Assembly: GCA_020536535.1 (NCBI GenBank)
Contig: JAHLWZ010000796.1
Coordinates: forward strand, 62,001-126,000
From: Pelomyxa schiedti
Lineage: Eukaryota; Protista; Evosea
Direction of reading: 5' to 3'
Length of the DNA: 64,000 bases
The notes under the pieces: model-generated
Told to the model about the DNA's origin: nothing
The model's input: the letters and a program-made list of their open reading frames with translations, nothing else
Database searches by the model: none
Shown: positions 1 through 12,500 of the stretch, piece by piece
Layout: every line of letters begins with the position of its first letter
How positions within the stretch are numbered: the first letter of the stretch is position 1
Made by a program: the position numbers and the translations under genes

Positions 1-34
1 GACAGCGGCGGTAGTTACGGGCAATGTGAGTGAC

Positions 35-1839
35 ATGAGGGATTGCAACGTCGACCCCGGCCACGACCCGGCCTCGGCCTCGTCGTCGTCGTCGTCGTCG
101 TCGGCTGCGCCTAGCACAACAAGTGCTGGGGAGGTAGCCACGCAACCACGTGGCGACGAGGGCCGAAATGAGACCGAAGTCTGTGTCGAGCACAATAAGA
201 GGGAGGGGGGCAAGTCTGCGCAGGAACAATGCGCGTCACTTTCCCCTGATGAGGCGAGGTATGCGCAAGGCCAGCTGGCCCTTCTCAAGTTGTACCCGTC
301 TGTCGCGCCTTTGTTTTCTATGTCAGGTGGAATCACTACATTTGTTTTAAGCTGCCAATCTAACTGTACTTTGAAGACGCTGTAGATGATATGTATTATT
401 CCTTGGAAGCAGACACCGAAGATTTGGAATCTGAAACACCACAAAATGTTGGTCTTTTCTCTCAATTTTTTCCCCTAAGATGTTTAAGGTGGAAGCAAAC
501 AATCTCCATAACAAATGCAGTCTGTTATCTTCAGAACCACAACAGTAAGACCTTCGTGCCCTTTTCTCAAGAAAGGAAAATTAACTTTTTTGCAGCCAGT
601 CCCCCAGTTTACAGTACTATAATTGCCCTGTATGTTAATGTATGGTTTTCATGTTTCCCATCTACTATAGGATCACTACGACCCTCAAGTTTGTAGATGG
701 CATAAACTGACCCTCCCCCAGCGATTAAAAATGATAGTAGGCAAAACTCTTCTTTCTTGGTTATTTTCTATATTCAAACAAACTAAAAGAAAACGAGAAA
801 AGCGCAACGGCTATTACCATTTGAGCAACAAACGGCATTGTTCAGAAAACCGTGGGAAATGTTTGCATTTGTGCAATCTGAATCAAAGAAATGCTCACTG
901 CCAGCGGATTATATGCAGGTGCAATGCGGTGAATGCGAAGTACAAGGTTTGGCTAATTTCTTTCATATTTAAACGCATTTCTCGTTTCATCTTAACAGCA
1001 GCACTCCCCCATGTTGCCAGATCCCGCACCCCCACTAGCTGATATAGGGTTTTTCCCTGAGATAACATATGTATCGAATAGTGTACCAAGACCCGCTTCT
1101 TTCAAATACCAGCATCGATACCAACCATGCAATCCACGACACTCACAGCGGAATAATACACATCACGTTGGCACCTTGGCACTTTCATACTACCTTGTTA
1201 ATATCTCTCACAGCTCAATGCAATAGCCGCCTTGAAAAAGGCAATAGTATCAATGTTAATATCACTCGACTTCCAAAGTATGGACTCACTTCTAAAAACT
1301 TTTCTTTGCTTATACCACTAGGTGCCTCGACACACACTCTCGAGGTATTCACAGACACTGTGGCACAGTACATAACTCGCCTGTGCACACAGATGCGTGC
1401 CAGAATAGATAACCTGGAATCACGCACTCCAACACTAGTATGCCATTTCCGTTAGGGAAGGGAACAATAACAATTAAAAAAAAAAAAAACCCCCCAAAAT
1501 CTTAAACTCAAAACCCAAAAGATGCTAATGAACCAATGCCTATGTGACATGGGTGTTGGCGGCATTACAGCACTACAATCCTATTATTCCCGCACAATAC
1601 AACCACCCAGCAGTCATACTAGTCTCACTCCCTCTCCCACCACCACGATTTGTTTCCCCATAACACCACTCATTCCCAACCCACCAACCACACCAAATCC
1701 GGGCACTGATTCCCAAATGCATTCTACCCCACCCACTGATATTTCCTCCTCAAATTCCTCCACATCAACTACCTCCACTTCCCTCATACAATCAACACTC
1801 TCCAGTTGTAACAGTACCAATATAGGCAACCTCACATAG
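35..1839 (+). CDS. SUPT7L/Spt7-like SAGA subunit (bromodomain-associated histone-fold region), multi-exon
   Basis: 3' exons read STHTLEVFTDTVAQYITRLCTQMRARIDN...MLMNQCLCDMGVGGITALQSYYSRTI, resembling the SUPT7L histone-fold segment (LETLTDVAHEY..KFTKLLR...MEQVFHEVGIGSVLSLQKFW). Ser-rich N-terminus from ATG 35 and Ser/Thr/Pro-rich tail to TAG 1839. Middle exons were not fully resolved. Confidence 0.6.
80..103 (+). repeat. (TCG)n microsatellite encoding poly-Ser
   Basis: tcgtcgtcgtcgtcgtcgtcgtcg in the first exon of the SUPT7L-like gene. Confidence 0.9.
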
Positions 1840-2029
1840 CCAAAAATTCCCTTCAGTGGAAGCAGCCCAACATGGGCAAAAAGTGATTTGTTTACTTCAC
1901 TTGGTTTTTTTTTGGTTGGCACGCTGGCACACCCAAAATTGATTGGGGGTGGCTCCTTAGGGTGGGCACAGAAAGGAGATGAAAGGGTGACAGAGATCCA
2001 CGGCCACAGATAACGGATGGGTGTACTGG

Positions 2030-2551
2030 CTAGTGTTGGTCCTGCACTGTAATGGGAGGAGGTTGGGAGACTGCGATCGGCCAAGTTGCCTGTGTTGCTG
2101 GGCCCACGACGCTTTGGCATAGCACCTGGTCCATATTTTTGGCACTGTTACTGGCTACGGCAGCCCCACCGATTTCCGCGGATTCGGCGGGAGTGGGCTG
2201 CTGCTGCTGCTGCTCCATTGGCCTGTGGGCAACTAGGTTCTGCCTGCACAGGAGATGCAGAATGTCATCGGCTGCGTCGTGGTTTCGGCCCTTGTTGTTC
2301 TTTGTCTTGCAGTTGGTGATCCTGTTGCCGTTGCAGTTTGTGTTGGCCTTGGCCTTGGTCTTTGCCTTCTTCGACTTGGCCTTGGTCGCGGCCGACTTTG
2401 GAGCCGGGGTGGCGGCGGCGGGCGTCGTACGACCGCCGCTTTTTTTCAGGGCAGCCAGCTGAGCCGAGGTGGCGTCGGGTTCTTTTCCCTTCCACCACCT
2501 GCCACTACCTACAGCAACGCACTCCCTCGTGGATCCTCGTGCCTTACCCAT
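2030..2551 (-). CDS. Hypothetical Lys/Ala-rich protein, apparently single exon
   Basis: 173-aa ATG-initiated ORF in GC-rich sequence between two genes; contains a basic KAKSKKAKTKAK patch and a poly-Q run; no recognisable domain. Confidence 0.45.
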   Translation of the reverse strand: MGKARGSTRECVAVGSGRWWKGKEPDATSAQLAALKKSGGRTTPAAATPAPKSAATKAKSKKAKTKAKANTNCNGNRITNCKTKNNKGRNHDAADDILHLLCRQNLVAHRPMEQQQQQPTPAESAEIGGAAVASNSAKNMDQVLCQSVVGPATQATWPIAVSQPPPITVQDQH

Positions 2552-2665
2552 CTCGTGCGGCCGGTGTGGTGTTTTAGAGAAGCAACGCCTCTGGACAATT
2601 GAATAGCGTAATAAAACCTGATGATCAAAATTCGAGGACAGGGAATAATTTATTATCTGTACAGA

Positions 2666-5600
2666 CTAGGTTAATTTTGCTGCTTGTTTGAGAGACTCGG
2701 CCCAGGTGTTGAGGTCGTGTTGGTTCACGGTAAGCTTTTTGTCTGTCTCCTTCTGCTTCTTAATCCGGGTTACAAGTAGGCAACCTTGCATTACGTTAAT
2801 GAGGAGTGGCCACTGCAATTTGTACACCAACTTTTTGTAGGCCCCCGTTCCACAGTAACTTTTGTGATGGTGTCACACATTATGAGCGAACGTATTTTCA
2901 ACTCGTCCGTTTTGTGCTTTTTCTTTACAAGTAGCATGCACTGTGTTAGTAGGACGCAATAGTTCACACCCTTCTTGGCTTCGACAGGACCCTCTTTGAT
3001 AACTTGTAAGTCAGTATGCCACGCTATTTGCTTCTATATGGGCGGTCAGAGAAAATTGGGCACTGGGAAAGTACCTTCAGATCCCCAGTCAGGGAGTAGG
3101 TTAACTGCGCCATCCTGGCCATGTGCTCCAAGTGTCTCTTTGTTTCATTGAACACTGTTGTTAACTCACGAACAGTTTCCAATGCACCTCGAAGTTGCTC
3201 GGAGTATTTCGTATTGGCACCTCTTGTGCGTATATAATCCTGAGGGCAATTTAAAAATCATTTAAAGTAAAGTGAGTACCTGAAGAAGAAGTAAGTCTTA
3301 TGAGGATAGAAGGGTAAGTGGCAGAGATTGTATTGTTAAAACGAAAACACACAACGTGGAAGTCTCTGAACAGGTTGTATAAGAAAATCCCCTAAACTCC
3401 TTCCGCCAGTCTTTCTTTGAACTTAGCTACTGGAATAAATGGAATCGAATTGTACCTTAGGGATACACTGCTTGCAGTAAGCAACAAAAGCTTCATTAGA
3501 AGAATTCAACTGAGCAAGGGCAGCAAGACTTGCATCATAATTTAGAATATATCTTGTTGGGTGTGAATTGGTAAAAGAAGAAAAGAGGCCGCAAACGGTA
3601 GATATGACTTCATGGCTGTCATCTTTTTTTAGTTGTTGGTTAATTTTTGTGTTGGTTTTCACTCCTATTTGCAGAAAAAAGGTACCTGCGGACTGCAAAA
3701 GACATCTACCAGTTTTCGGGAAACATGTTGCCTGTTCCAGAGTTGAAACAGTTACCCACTACACTGATTTGAGTCATACCAATCACTGAATTCTTTCAAT
3801 AGAAGGTCCAAAAAAGCAGAATTTGTATCGTATATTTTTGGCAAATTACCAAAAACTTGGTTGAGTTCACCCTCAGAAAGGATAGGAGGCTCTGCAACTT
3901 TCAAAGGGTTGATGTATTCCTGAGGAATCAGCCAAAATTATGTACTTGATATTTTACCTCCATTACGGTATGCAAGTTATTGACATAGGACTGCTCAGTG
4001 CCAATCAATTCTTGCACAACAAGTAGGCGATGAGCTGAAAAGTACGGTCAGGCAAATAATAGAAGTACAGGCAAAACCAGAAGCCTTGAAACTAGACTCA
4101 ATAAATCTGGAACAAATCAGTGCTTGTACAGAAGTTATTGCTCTCTCCAGCTTCCACGCATTTTGCTCCAACCGGGACCTTGCGTAGGCTTGCAGGCGAC
4201 AGGACACAGAATTAAGCTCAAAAAGTTATTTTAGAAATGAAAAGGAATACCAGGCGATGCCGGAAAGCATACCTTATTATAATTAGATTGAAAGAGCCTG
4301 GAAATTGCAAGGCCCTGGGCTAGGGAGCACAAGGACTTCACAGTTAACATGTGAGTTAAAGAAAATTTCGTTCGGATTAGGGCTTGGGCATGAGACGAAA
4401 CTTCACGGAAGTGGTTGTATCTGTGACAAATAAGAAAAGGAAAGTCCCGAATGTTACCTTGTGATAGCCTCTTTTTTCTGGGTATGGGCTTGGACCAAGC
4501 AAGAACCAAGAAGAATCTTCACTGGGTGAATAAATTCATGGGGGAACGCTCACATACTTTTCTCATGTTATTCTTCTCCAGTTGGGAGAGCCCGATTGTC
4601 TGGGCCATTGAGATCCAAATTCGAGTATTGTTAAATTGTTGCCGTGTAAGTAATTGGGAAGCTATTCCCTGAAGTGCCATCACTCCTCTTTCTTGCTTGT
4701 ACCCGGATTTAACAATACACTGTCTTGCCAAAGCTTGTATAAACGTAATATTTTTTATGAATCGTTCCTCGATTTGCACCAAACGTTGTTTTGCCATTGC
4801 TTGTATGCGCATTGCATCTTCTTGAATCCCTTCAAATCTATTTTTATAAGTAGTCATCCGTGAGCAAAGATACGGACTGTTTTTCACAAATCTTGGTCAT
4901 CAAGATTCCTTGACAGCATTGAATCTTGGTTGTACACTAAAATTGTTATTGTAAATTACCAAATGGTTTCTCACCTTACGGATATCAGACATTGCAAATA
5001 AAGACTGGGCAAGTGCCTGAACTTGGCAAGAGTGTGTGTAGGATAGGAGGAAATCAGAGCGTGTAGTATTCGCCCTTGCCATCGCTTCAATAAAACGCAT
5101 CCCCCCTGCAAGCTCATGGAGACTATTAAGACGGTCAGCTTGTACCAAGGAAGCGTTTTTACCTAAGTTGTTCAAGATTGCATCGGAAGATGCCTTGTGT
5201 GGTGTAGACAGCATTGAAAATCTTTTTTTTTAATCGTAAGCTAAGTAGTACAATTACTGTCATACATGCGTCCATGCTGATTTAAAAAAGTGGGTAACAA
5301 GTAACGCTTGAGAAGATGTTGCAGCCATCTTCATTTGCGATGCTTTCCGTCGTGCAAGGTGGCCCCGGATAGCTGCTTGCACAAGAATAACCTTCCTCCA
5401 ATTTTCAGGTTGGGTGTATTTACTCTAGGACAGGCCTTAGCAAAGGTTTATCAACGATGAAGTACAATGGATTTAGCAAAAAGAATTGCACCAGCCCAAG
5501 CGTCAATATCTGCGCTATCAATCAAGTAATTGGTAACCTGAAGATGTTACTGCAATGAGAGGTGATGAATTTGTACCTTACGATTTTGTGTGACTGTAAA

Positions 5601-6096
5601 CTGGTAACTCTTTGGGTGCTTCTTTGATGGAAATGGCGTAACACGAATTGATGAAACAGCAAATCTGGCCAACTCGCTTCTCTGTTTTGTTTCATCTCGT
5701 GGTGAGAGGATGACGAAGGGAAAGGAAAACGCCAGGGAAAAAAAAGCCCACTTTATCAGGAGAACCAGGCGTGAAACTAGTCAACAAAGATGGAGTCAAC
5801 ACAAACCACCTAAGCTTCCACTCCTTCAGCCACAACCCCTGCTTGTAAACCTCGCCCTCTCTGATCACCGTGTGCAAACCAAACGAAGGCGCCACCGCCG
5901 CACTCCCCGAAGGTGCAGTTGCTGCTGGGATCTTGGCCCCACTTGCAGTTGTTGATGTAGTAGTAGAAGCAACGCTCGACGTACTAGTGGTGGTAGTGGT
6001 AGTTGTGGCAGTAGTATTAGTAGTGGTAACAGTCAGTGTCGCTCTTGGTGGTTGAATAGTGGGCTTAGGCGGTACGTGTTGACTAGAGGACGCCAT
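2666..6096 (-). CDS. RhoGEF: N-terminal PH domain, multiple IQ motifs, DH domain, C-terminal PH domain; multi-exon
   Basis: PH: VIREGEVYKQGLWLKEWKLRWFVLT (~5790-5870). IQ-like motifs: ILVQAAIRGHLARR, IQAMAKQRL, IQALARQ, LQAYARSRL. DH: EYINPLK..ELNQVFGNLPKIY, YILNYDASLAAL, SLGDFLIQPVQRLPR (~3355-3400). C-terminal PH ends WAESLKQAAKLT* (TAG 2666-2668). Confidence 0.8.
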
Positions 6097-6381
6097 CGCA
6101 GTCGAAACGATTTGCGAATCGACCTTATTTGGAAGAAATTGTTTTCCATTCTCCAAGCTGAGGAAGAAACGCCCATGACAGAAGGAATGCGCCATTTCTA
6201 TGGTGTCGCACCAAATTGGCATTGGAGTGAAGGAGGGGAGGTTTCGAACAAGCAGCTAGATCAAATAAGGCATTCCACTAAAGGAAAAATTCCCTGGGCC
6301 CAAGAAAGAAAGTCGAAAACCGCCACTAACTCCGCAACAAGCAAACAACCAAAAAAAAAAAAAAAACCAGCACAAGTACAA

Positions 6382-7665
6382 ATGGGCCGACTCACCAACG
6401 TACCACCTGCCAAAACCACATCATCACCCTCAACAGCCTCCGCTAGTAGTGTAACACCCAAACCTGTTGTAAGTAGTAGTACTCCTACTACTACCCCCAA
6501 TACCACACCAAACACCACAGCAATTGCATCGTCGGCTGATGACTGGAAGGGTCCTCTGGAAAGGACTTACCTGCCTGTGTATTGCCCAGTCAGGGGTCGC
6601 CATTCATTCCCTTCTTTACAAGAGGCTCAGCAAGCTGGTTTCCATTTCTTACTAAGTTGTAATTTTTCTTACAAAACCAAACAAAAAAAAAAAAGCCTGT
6701 GAAAGTGAGGATTGCGGGGGAATTACAAAAGAAGTAAACGGGGCGTATACATTGCGTAAGAGCTCTGATCCACACCCTTCACCATCAGGAGAGATATCTT
6801 GGGTTAAGGTTTCCTCTTTCCCACTTTTCCTTGTTAGTAACCGAAACAGTTGAAGCTTTTTTCTGGAGCATTCAACGATACCAGCTTGTATGGTTACTGC
6901 CCATCTGCTGGGCATCATATTTTCAACCGTCTCGAAGATGCCAAGGCTGCTGCCAGTATTCTTCCGGATTGCAGTGGAATAACTCTGGAGCCACCAACCT
7001 CCTATACTCTCAGATGCGGAACAACAGCGGGCCCATCCTCTAATGGAGAGACCTCTTGGTTAAAGGTAGGAAAAAACAATGCAAATGTATTTCTTACGCC
7101 TCATACGTTCTCGGTTCTGTTTTACCTTTGGCTTATTTTCTTCACAGATTGGAAACGGCCAATTCGCAGGGCCCTTCCCTAATTCCTACTTACCGGGGTA
7201 CTGCCCGGGCCAAGGGAAGCATGTCTTCTCCACCCTTGCTGAAGCAAAGCAAGCTGCTATGGTTATGCCTTGTGGTGGTCTCACCATGGAATCCCCAACC
7301 GTTTTTTCAATCCGCTGTGGTACCTCACCTATCTCCACCCCCGGTTCTGTTTCTTGGCTCAAGGTTCCGGTGTCCTTCATACTTGCATGCATCTAAAATG
7401 ACCTCTCTCCGTGCTTTAGAAACTCAACCATGCAACTGCTATGAGATGGGAAGGGCCTCATTCATACTCGTACCTTAACGGCTATTGTCAAAGTGGGGGA
7501 GACTACACTTTCTCCACACTCGAAAAAGCTCAAGAAGCTGCAGAGAAATTAGTGGACTGTGGAGGAGTTACGATGGAAGGGCCTGGAAGATACACACTGA
7601 GAGTGGGAACAAATCTTGGACCATCGCCAAGTGGGGAAACCTCTTGGGTTCTTAACAGAGGGTGA
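6382..7665 (+). CDS. Protein with a Ser/Thr-rich N-terminus and four tandem ~70-aa Cys-containing repeats (PAN/apple-like, uncharacterised)
   Basis: Four copies of the consensus (W/F)xGP-x4-YLxGYC-x6-FxxLxEAxxAA-x4-CGGxT-x6-YTLRxG-x5-SPSGExSWxK, separated by short GT-AG introns; ends SWVLNRG*. Confidence 0.8.
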
Positions 7666-7725
7666 GTGGAATACCCATTTAGTCTAAATGAAGCGGCGTA
7701 AAAAAAAATATTTTGTATTAAGTCT

Positions 7726-9452
7726 TCAATTTGTGGAATGGAATTCATTTTGAAGTAGTAGAGGGCGGAGGTGGGACACAATTTCAGAGAATATGTGCGG
7801 ATCAAGAGACCATAACTTAATGTTTCAATGTGAGTGTTTCGAATTACCCAGAAAGTCGTACAAAATCCAAGTGATTCCACGTTTCAATAAAGTGTGGTGG
7901 CGTTGTAAGAACTGCGGGATTCAGTCGCGGCAATAGGCCCTTCTCCACATCCTACTAGTTGGAATTGGAATCTTAGTGAGTTCTAGGGAATTCCTTTGCT
8001 GAAGTATACTTCGGCTGTGACTAAAACGTCGGCTCCTGCATAGTACAGAGCTATGGGAGTAGATATGTTCATTGTTGGGAATTCTGGCGGGAAAGGATGC
8101 CCGTAAATCTTCATATTTTCCTGGTAGATGTGAGGTTGTGCTTCAAAGGTTTCAAATGAATGAACCTTCCTGCCCCAATCGAACATCCGGAATTTATTGG
8201 ATTGATAGAGTTGCATCAGATGTTGTAAGTGATGTATGGACGCTGTGTCAGCAGAATGAACGTAATAGGCAGTGCGTCTGGTATCAAGGTTCTGCAAGTC
8301 CCAGCCCGCAATTTCGTTCAGGGTCCAGGAGCAAAATGATGGAACAAGTTTGCACAGTTTCCAGTGTAAAAGAGCTGTTGAAGAATATGTGTTATAAGAG
8401 TATCACTCCCTACTCTGTAACTCTCACATCCAAAAGTGCTCAAGCCATATACATGTGTGAATCCCAGCCATGACCAGAACTCCAGAATCCGGAGTGACTC
8501 ACATAAATAGAGTACTTCTTGCTTACAGTTGTGAATATACGCAGATGGTGCTAACTTAATTAGTCTCAATGTGAGTTTTTCTACACATACCCAGGGCAAC
8601 CAGTTCAGAAACCATGCTTGAGTATCTTGGCAGCATACTGAGCATAACAAGTGCACTTGATCCTCCTTCGCTGTGCCCAATAACTACTACCTTGTGGTTC
8701 CCGTCGGAATTTTGGGATATACAATCGAGAATGGCAGGCAAATCAAAGAGGCCATACTCTGTAACACTATACAAAAAAGTTGGTACATGTCATCAAATGA
8801 AAGGTACCTGAAGTTCCAAAACTTCCGAGAATGAGGTGACAGCCGGTTGTGATGCATGGAATCCTGCAGCAGGTACTTCACACGAAGAACAGATAAATAA
8901 AGGCTCTTCTTCTACCTTTGTTCCCCGTAGATTTGCCAACCATATATCAAATCCAGCATCATACAGCATGAAGGCAAGGTCATTTGATTTGGTGTTGCTC
9001 ACCCACGATGCGCTGTTTGTCATAAGCCCATGTACGAATAGAACCGGAACTCTCTGACAAAGTAAGTTCAGCAAAAAAAAAACATGGAGACCAGGCTATT
9101 ATCCACTTCCAATCCAATTCTTCCCGATGGCATGCAACCAATTCCTCAACCAATAAATCACACCACCACTTAAACTAACTACATTTGGATGATGGATGTT
9201 GTGCACTGTGAGCATGTAGCCATCCTGAGTAGTGCATTCCATGATCCTCACAGGATACCCAGCAGCCAGAACAAGCGCTGCCGTGCCACTCTGGTCGCAC
9301 CCTCCCACAATTCCCTGCGGGGTGACGCCCTGGCACCCCTCTTCTCCGCATTCGCCCCCGTCGTTCGGCGGCGGTCCGGTTCCATACGCCAAACAACAAC
9401 ACTGTAGCATCAGCACGACAACCAGCCAACTTGGCATGCACGATGGATCCAT
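7726..9452 (-). CDS. Lysosomal/gastric acid lipase-family alpha/beta hydrolase with signal peptide, multi-exon
   Basis: TTQDGYMLTVHNI, PVLFVHGLMTNSASW, LAFMLYDAGFDIWLANLRGT, FDLPAILD, nucleophile elbow GHSEG, Asp in GADVLV, His in WNHLDF; hydrophobic N-terminus WLVVVLMLQCCCLA. Confidence 0.92.
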
Positions 9453-9544
9453 TCTGACCAAAAAAAAAAAAACAGAAGGAATGTGACGCCTCCTATTACG
9501 TCATCGCGTATCACATGGATTTGGTTTTTTTTACTTGTGCCCGA

Positions 9545-12500
9545 TCAAGAACGCATCTCGGTAAGAAGCTTCTGAATGAGGGTTACGAGTTCGGCTCTAA
9601 CGGAGGAATCCATGGTGGGAAGCTCGACGTACTTGATGCCGTCGTCGCCGGTGGCTTCATTGTGGGAGAGATGTTTCCCCTTGAGGAACTTCACAACTGC
9701 CTTGACTACCTTGTCCATTGTCTTTGCCGTTGTTCGTTCTGCGGATGTGGCGCCCACTTCATCGAGGAAGCCGTCCCATTCCTGTGTTGTAGAATGAGTA
9801 AAATTAGCTTTTGGTTCCAGTGGTGAGGAGGGGCCAAGTGGGGGAACTTACTAGTTTCTTGTTAGATGGCATGATTGGTTCAGGCATTATTTCTTCCTCT
9901 TCCTCTTCGTCTTCCGTTATGGTTATGCGCTCTGCGTAGTCAGCTGTGCAGCAGATTTCTGTGGCCTCTTCCATCATGAGGCACTTGTTTGATGATTTCA
10001 CACTGATTGAACTCACCACATCAGCCTTTTCGCACTCCCGCTTGCGGACACTCTTCTCCTTTTTGGCAGACGATCTCTTTTCTGGTGGACGCACGGGTGA
10101 TAAGGACACTGAGGATGAAGATGATGCGCAAGCTGTAGCGGGAGAGGGGGGCGGGGGCCTGGCACCACCGCGAGCTGGAGAGGGTGGAGGACAAGAACGA
10201 CCAGGAGCTGGAGCTGGAGCGCCACATGGAGTGATTGAAGGCCTGGTCATTGATAATTTTGGCATGGGTAAAGATTCTGGCATGGCTGAAGACGTTGGCA
10301 TGGCTGAAAAGCACATGTCCATGCAATCTAAGCTGGCAGCTGGGGCACAGCAGGCTGTAGTTGTAACTGCTGAAGACCTCCGCGCGATGGGCGCAATGGA
10401 CACACTGCATTTTGTTGCAGGCCGGCGGTCTTCCTTTTTCATTTCAATAATGTCATCAAGGCACTTGAGTGAAGTAGAATGACTGGATGGAGTCGGTGTG
10501 GGCATTGCTTGCTGCTGCTGCTGCTGCGGTTGCGGTCCCTGTATTTCACGTCGAGGTAGTTGGGAAGGAATTTCCACAGCCTGTAAAATCATTAATCTTC
10601 ACTCTCTGTTTGAGATGTACCTCCATTGTTTCAGTGACAGATTCAATTCTTTCCTCTACTGCAATAAAACTTGTCTGTGAGGATGCCAGATTGTACCTAA
10701 AAAAGTACTCACTCATTTTTTACGGTATTGTTAAGCTTACGTTGTAGCAAGGGCAATGATTGCCGCTTTATTTGGAGTCCCTTCGGCGTTCTCAAGTTTA
10801 CGTATCAACTCTCGGGCACACAACCGGTGAAGTATTTTTCCCCTGCTAGGGTTTGAGCTCCTTCTTTTTCACACCTTAGAACATACTTGCGAAGTGATTC
10901 CAAATTTAGAGAAGTTTTAAGAGCAACAGGCTTCAAATTGTGATCCCCAACGAGAGACACGAAGTGCCCCTAGAATACAATAAAAAAATAAAATAAAATA
11001 AAAAAAGAAAGAAAGATGTTACCCAGTCGCCTTGGCAATTGGGACAAATGTCAAATTGACATTCAGCACAATTCAACACAGGGAAACCATTGTCTCCTCC
11101 ACAGCAATCACAGCGATAGCCTGACTTATAACCTGGGTTTATTGCCATGAGGGCTTCTTTATCTTTAAGGGTACAGTCATGTCCCTTTGTGCATTTCGGC
11201 TAGCCGGAAGTTGGAAAAAGTTAATTGAAACTCCGGGAAACCACACAGATTTTTCAACTCCTGATGGCAGTAAGGCAAACATGGTCGTTCTGAAGCCCGA
11301 TATTACAGGAGGAAGTACTGTGGGATAGGTTTCCGTTGTGGCGCAGCCCCAGGCCCCTTTTGTTCGTAGCAAAGGTGTGTAAATTCTGGCAAAATCCCTT
11401 GAAACTTTTGGCTTGATATCTTCCTCTAGGGTGCAAAATTCAGCGACCCCACCACTACGCCTGGCCATATCACGTATAACAGAAGGACTGACCTAAAGAT
11501 ATGGGAGGGATTTAATAAATTGGATACAACAAACCCCATGTCCAACAGCTATGGGAAAGACTGTGAGGAAGGAGGACATTTCTTTGAGTTTGGTTTTAAC
11601 CTCACTCTCCTGGCTGAATGCACCATCCTTTTTACTTGTGAGAAAGAATTATTCCAGAGAAAATGGTACTGTGATGATAAACGCGTATTTCTTTCTGTCT
11701 GTTGTGGGAGCTGATTTTAGCTCATTCAGGACTCGCATAAACTGAGAACCTAAAAGATCAGTATTCTATAAACTTGTGCAGGTGCAATAGACACCTCCTT
11801 TATCCGCTTGTAAGTTCTCAATGAAACGGGTTGCTTTTGTTATTGTATCAGAGGTAATTGGGTGCGCGCTATCAAATAATTTTTTGAGATCCGAGCCAAA
11901 AGCGATCACAGTAAACAGGGTTTTATTGGAGCAGTGTGAAAGTTCAGATACCCAATGGAGGCCACCTTCTTTTGCCTGGGGTACATGTTATTGGAGCTCA
12001 GGAACAAGAAAATGAACTTTTCTTATCTGTCCACCGTACTTCACCAGAAAAGAATGAGAAATATGATGAAGAAAGTTCTGAATACCATTGACGCAGAACA
12101 GTCAATTATTAGATATAACTCTGCCATAATTTCGGGATTGAATATTGTTGCATCATACACAGGTTCAAAAGCAGCAATAGAAGCAAGAGGTAAACTACCA
12201 GTATTAATGAAAGGATAGTTGATATTGTTTGTTGAACTTGATGCCATCAGGAGCATCCCATATTTCGGTGATGGCTTGAGCACTGCAGGGTGCCTTAACG
12301 AGAAGAACGAAGTCGGCGTTCATTTCGGCATCGCTAGCAAGCTTTACAATAGCTCTCTGTCCCTCCTAAATATTGAACTCAATCTCTAAGCTAGAAGAGT
12401 CCGAAGAAACGTACTGCCTGAACATGAATTGTTGGATGAGTTGGTGAAACTATGGCCCCAGGAGTGCTCAAATCAGAGGGCATTTCTACAGTCGCAGTAA

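Noticed and set aside
3990-5400. IQ array suggesting a myosin
   Set aside because: No motor-domain motifs (GESGAGKT, LEAFGNAKT) are present; the flanking domains are PH and DH.
5940-6530. Similar Thr-rich N-termini (HVPPKPT / NVPPAKT) of the two divergent genes, suggesting an inverted duplication
   Set aside because: The match is only ~10 nt plus low-complexity composition, which is not distinguishable from chance.
9946-10482. 178-aa plus-strand Gly-rich ORF
   Set aside because: Mirror of the Pro/Ser-rich tail of the minus-strand VIT-vWA gene.
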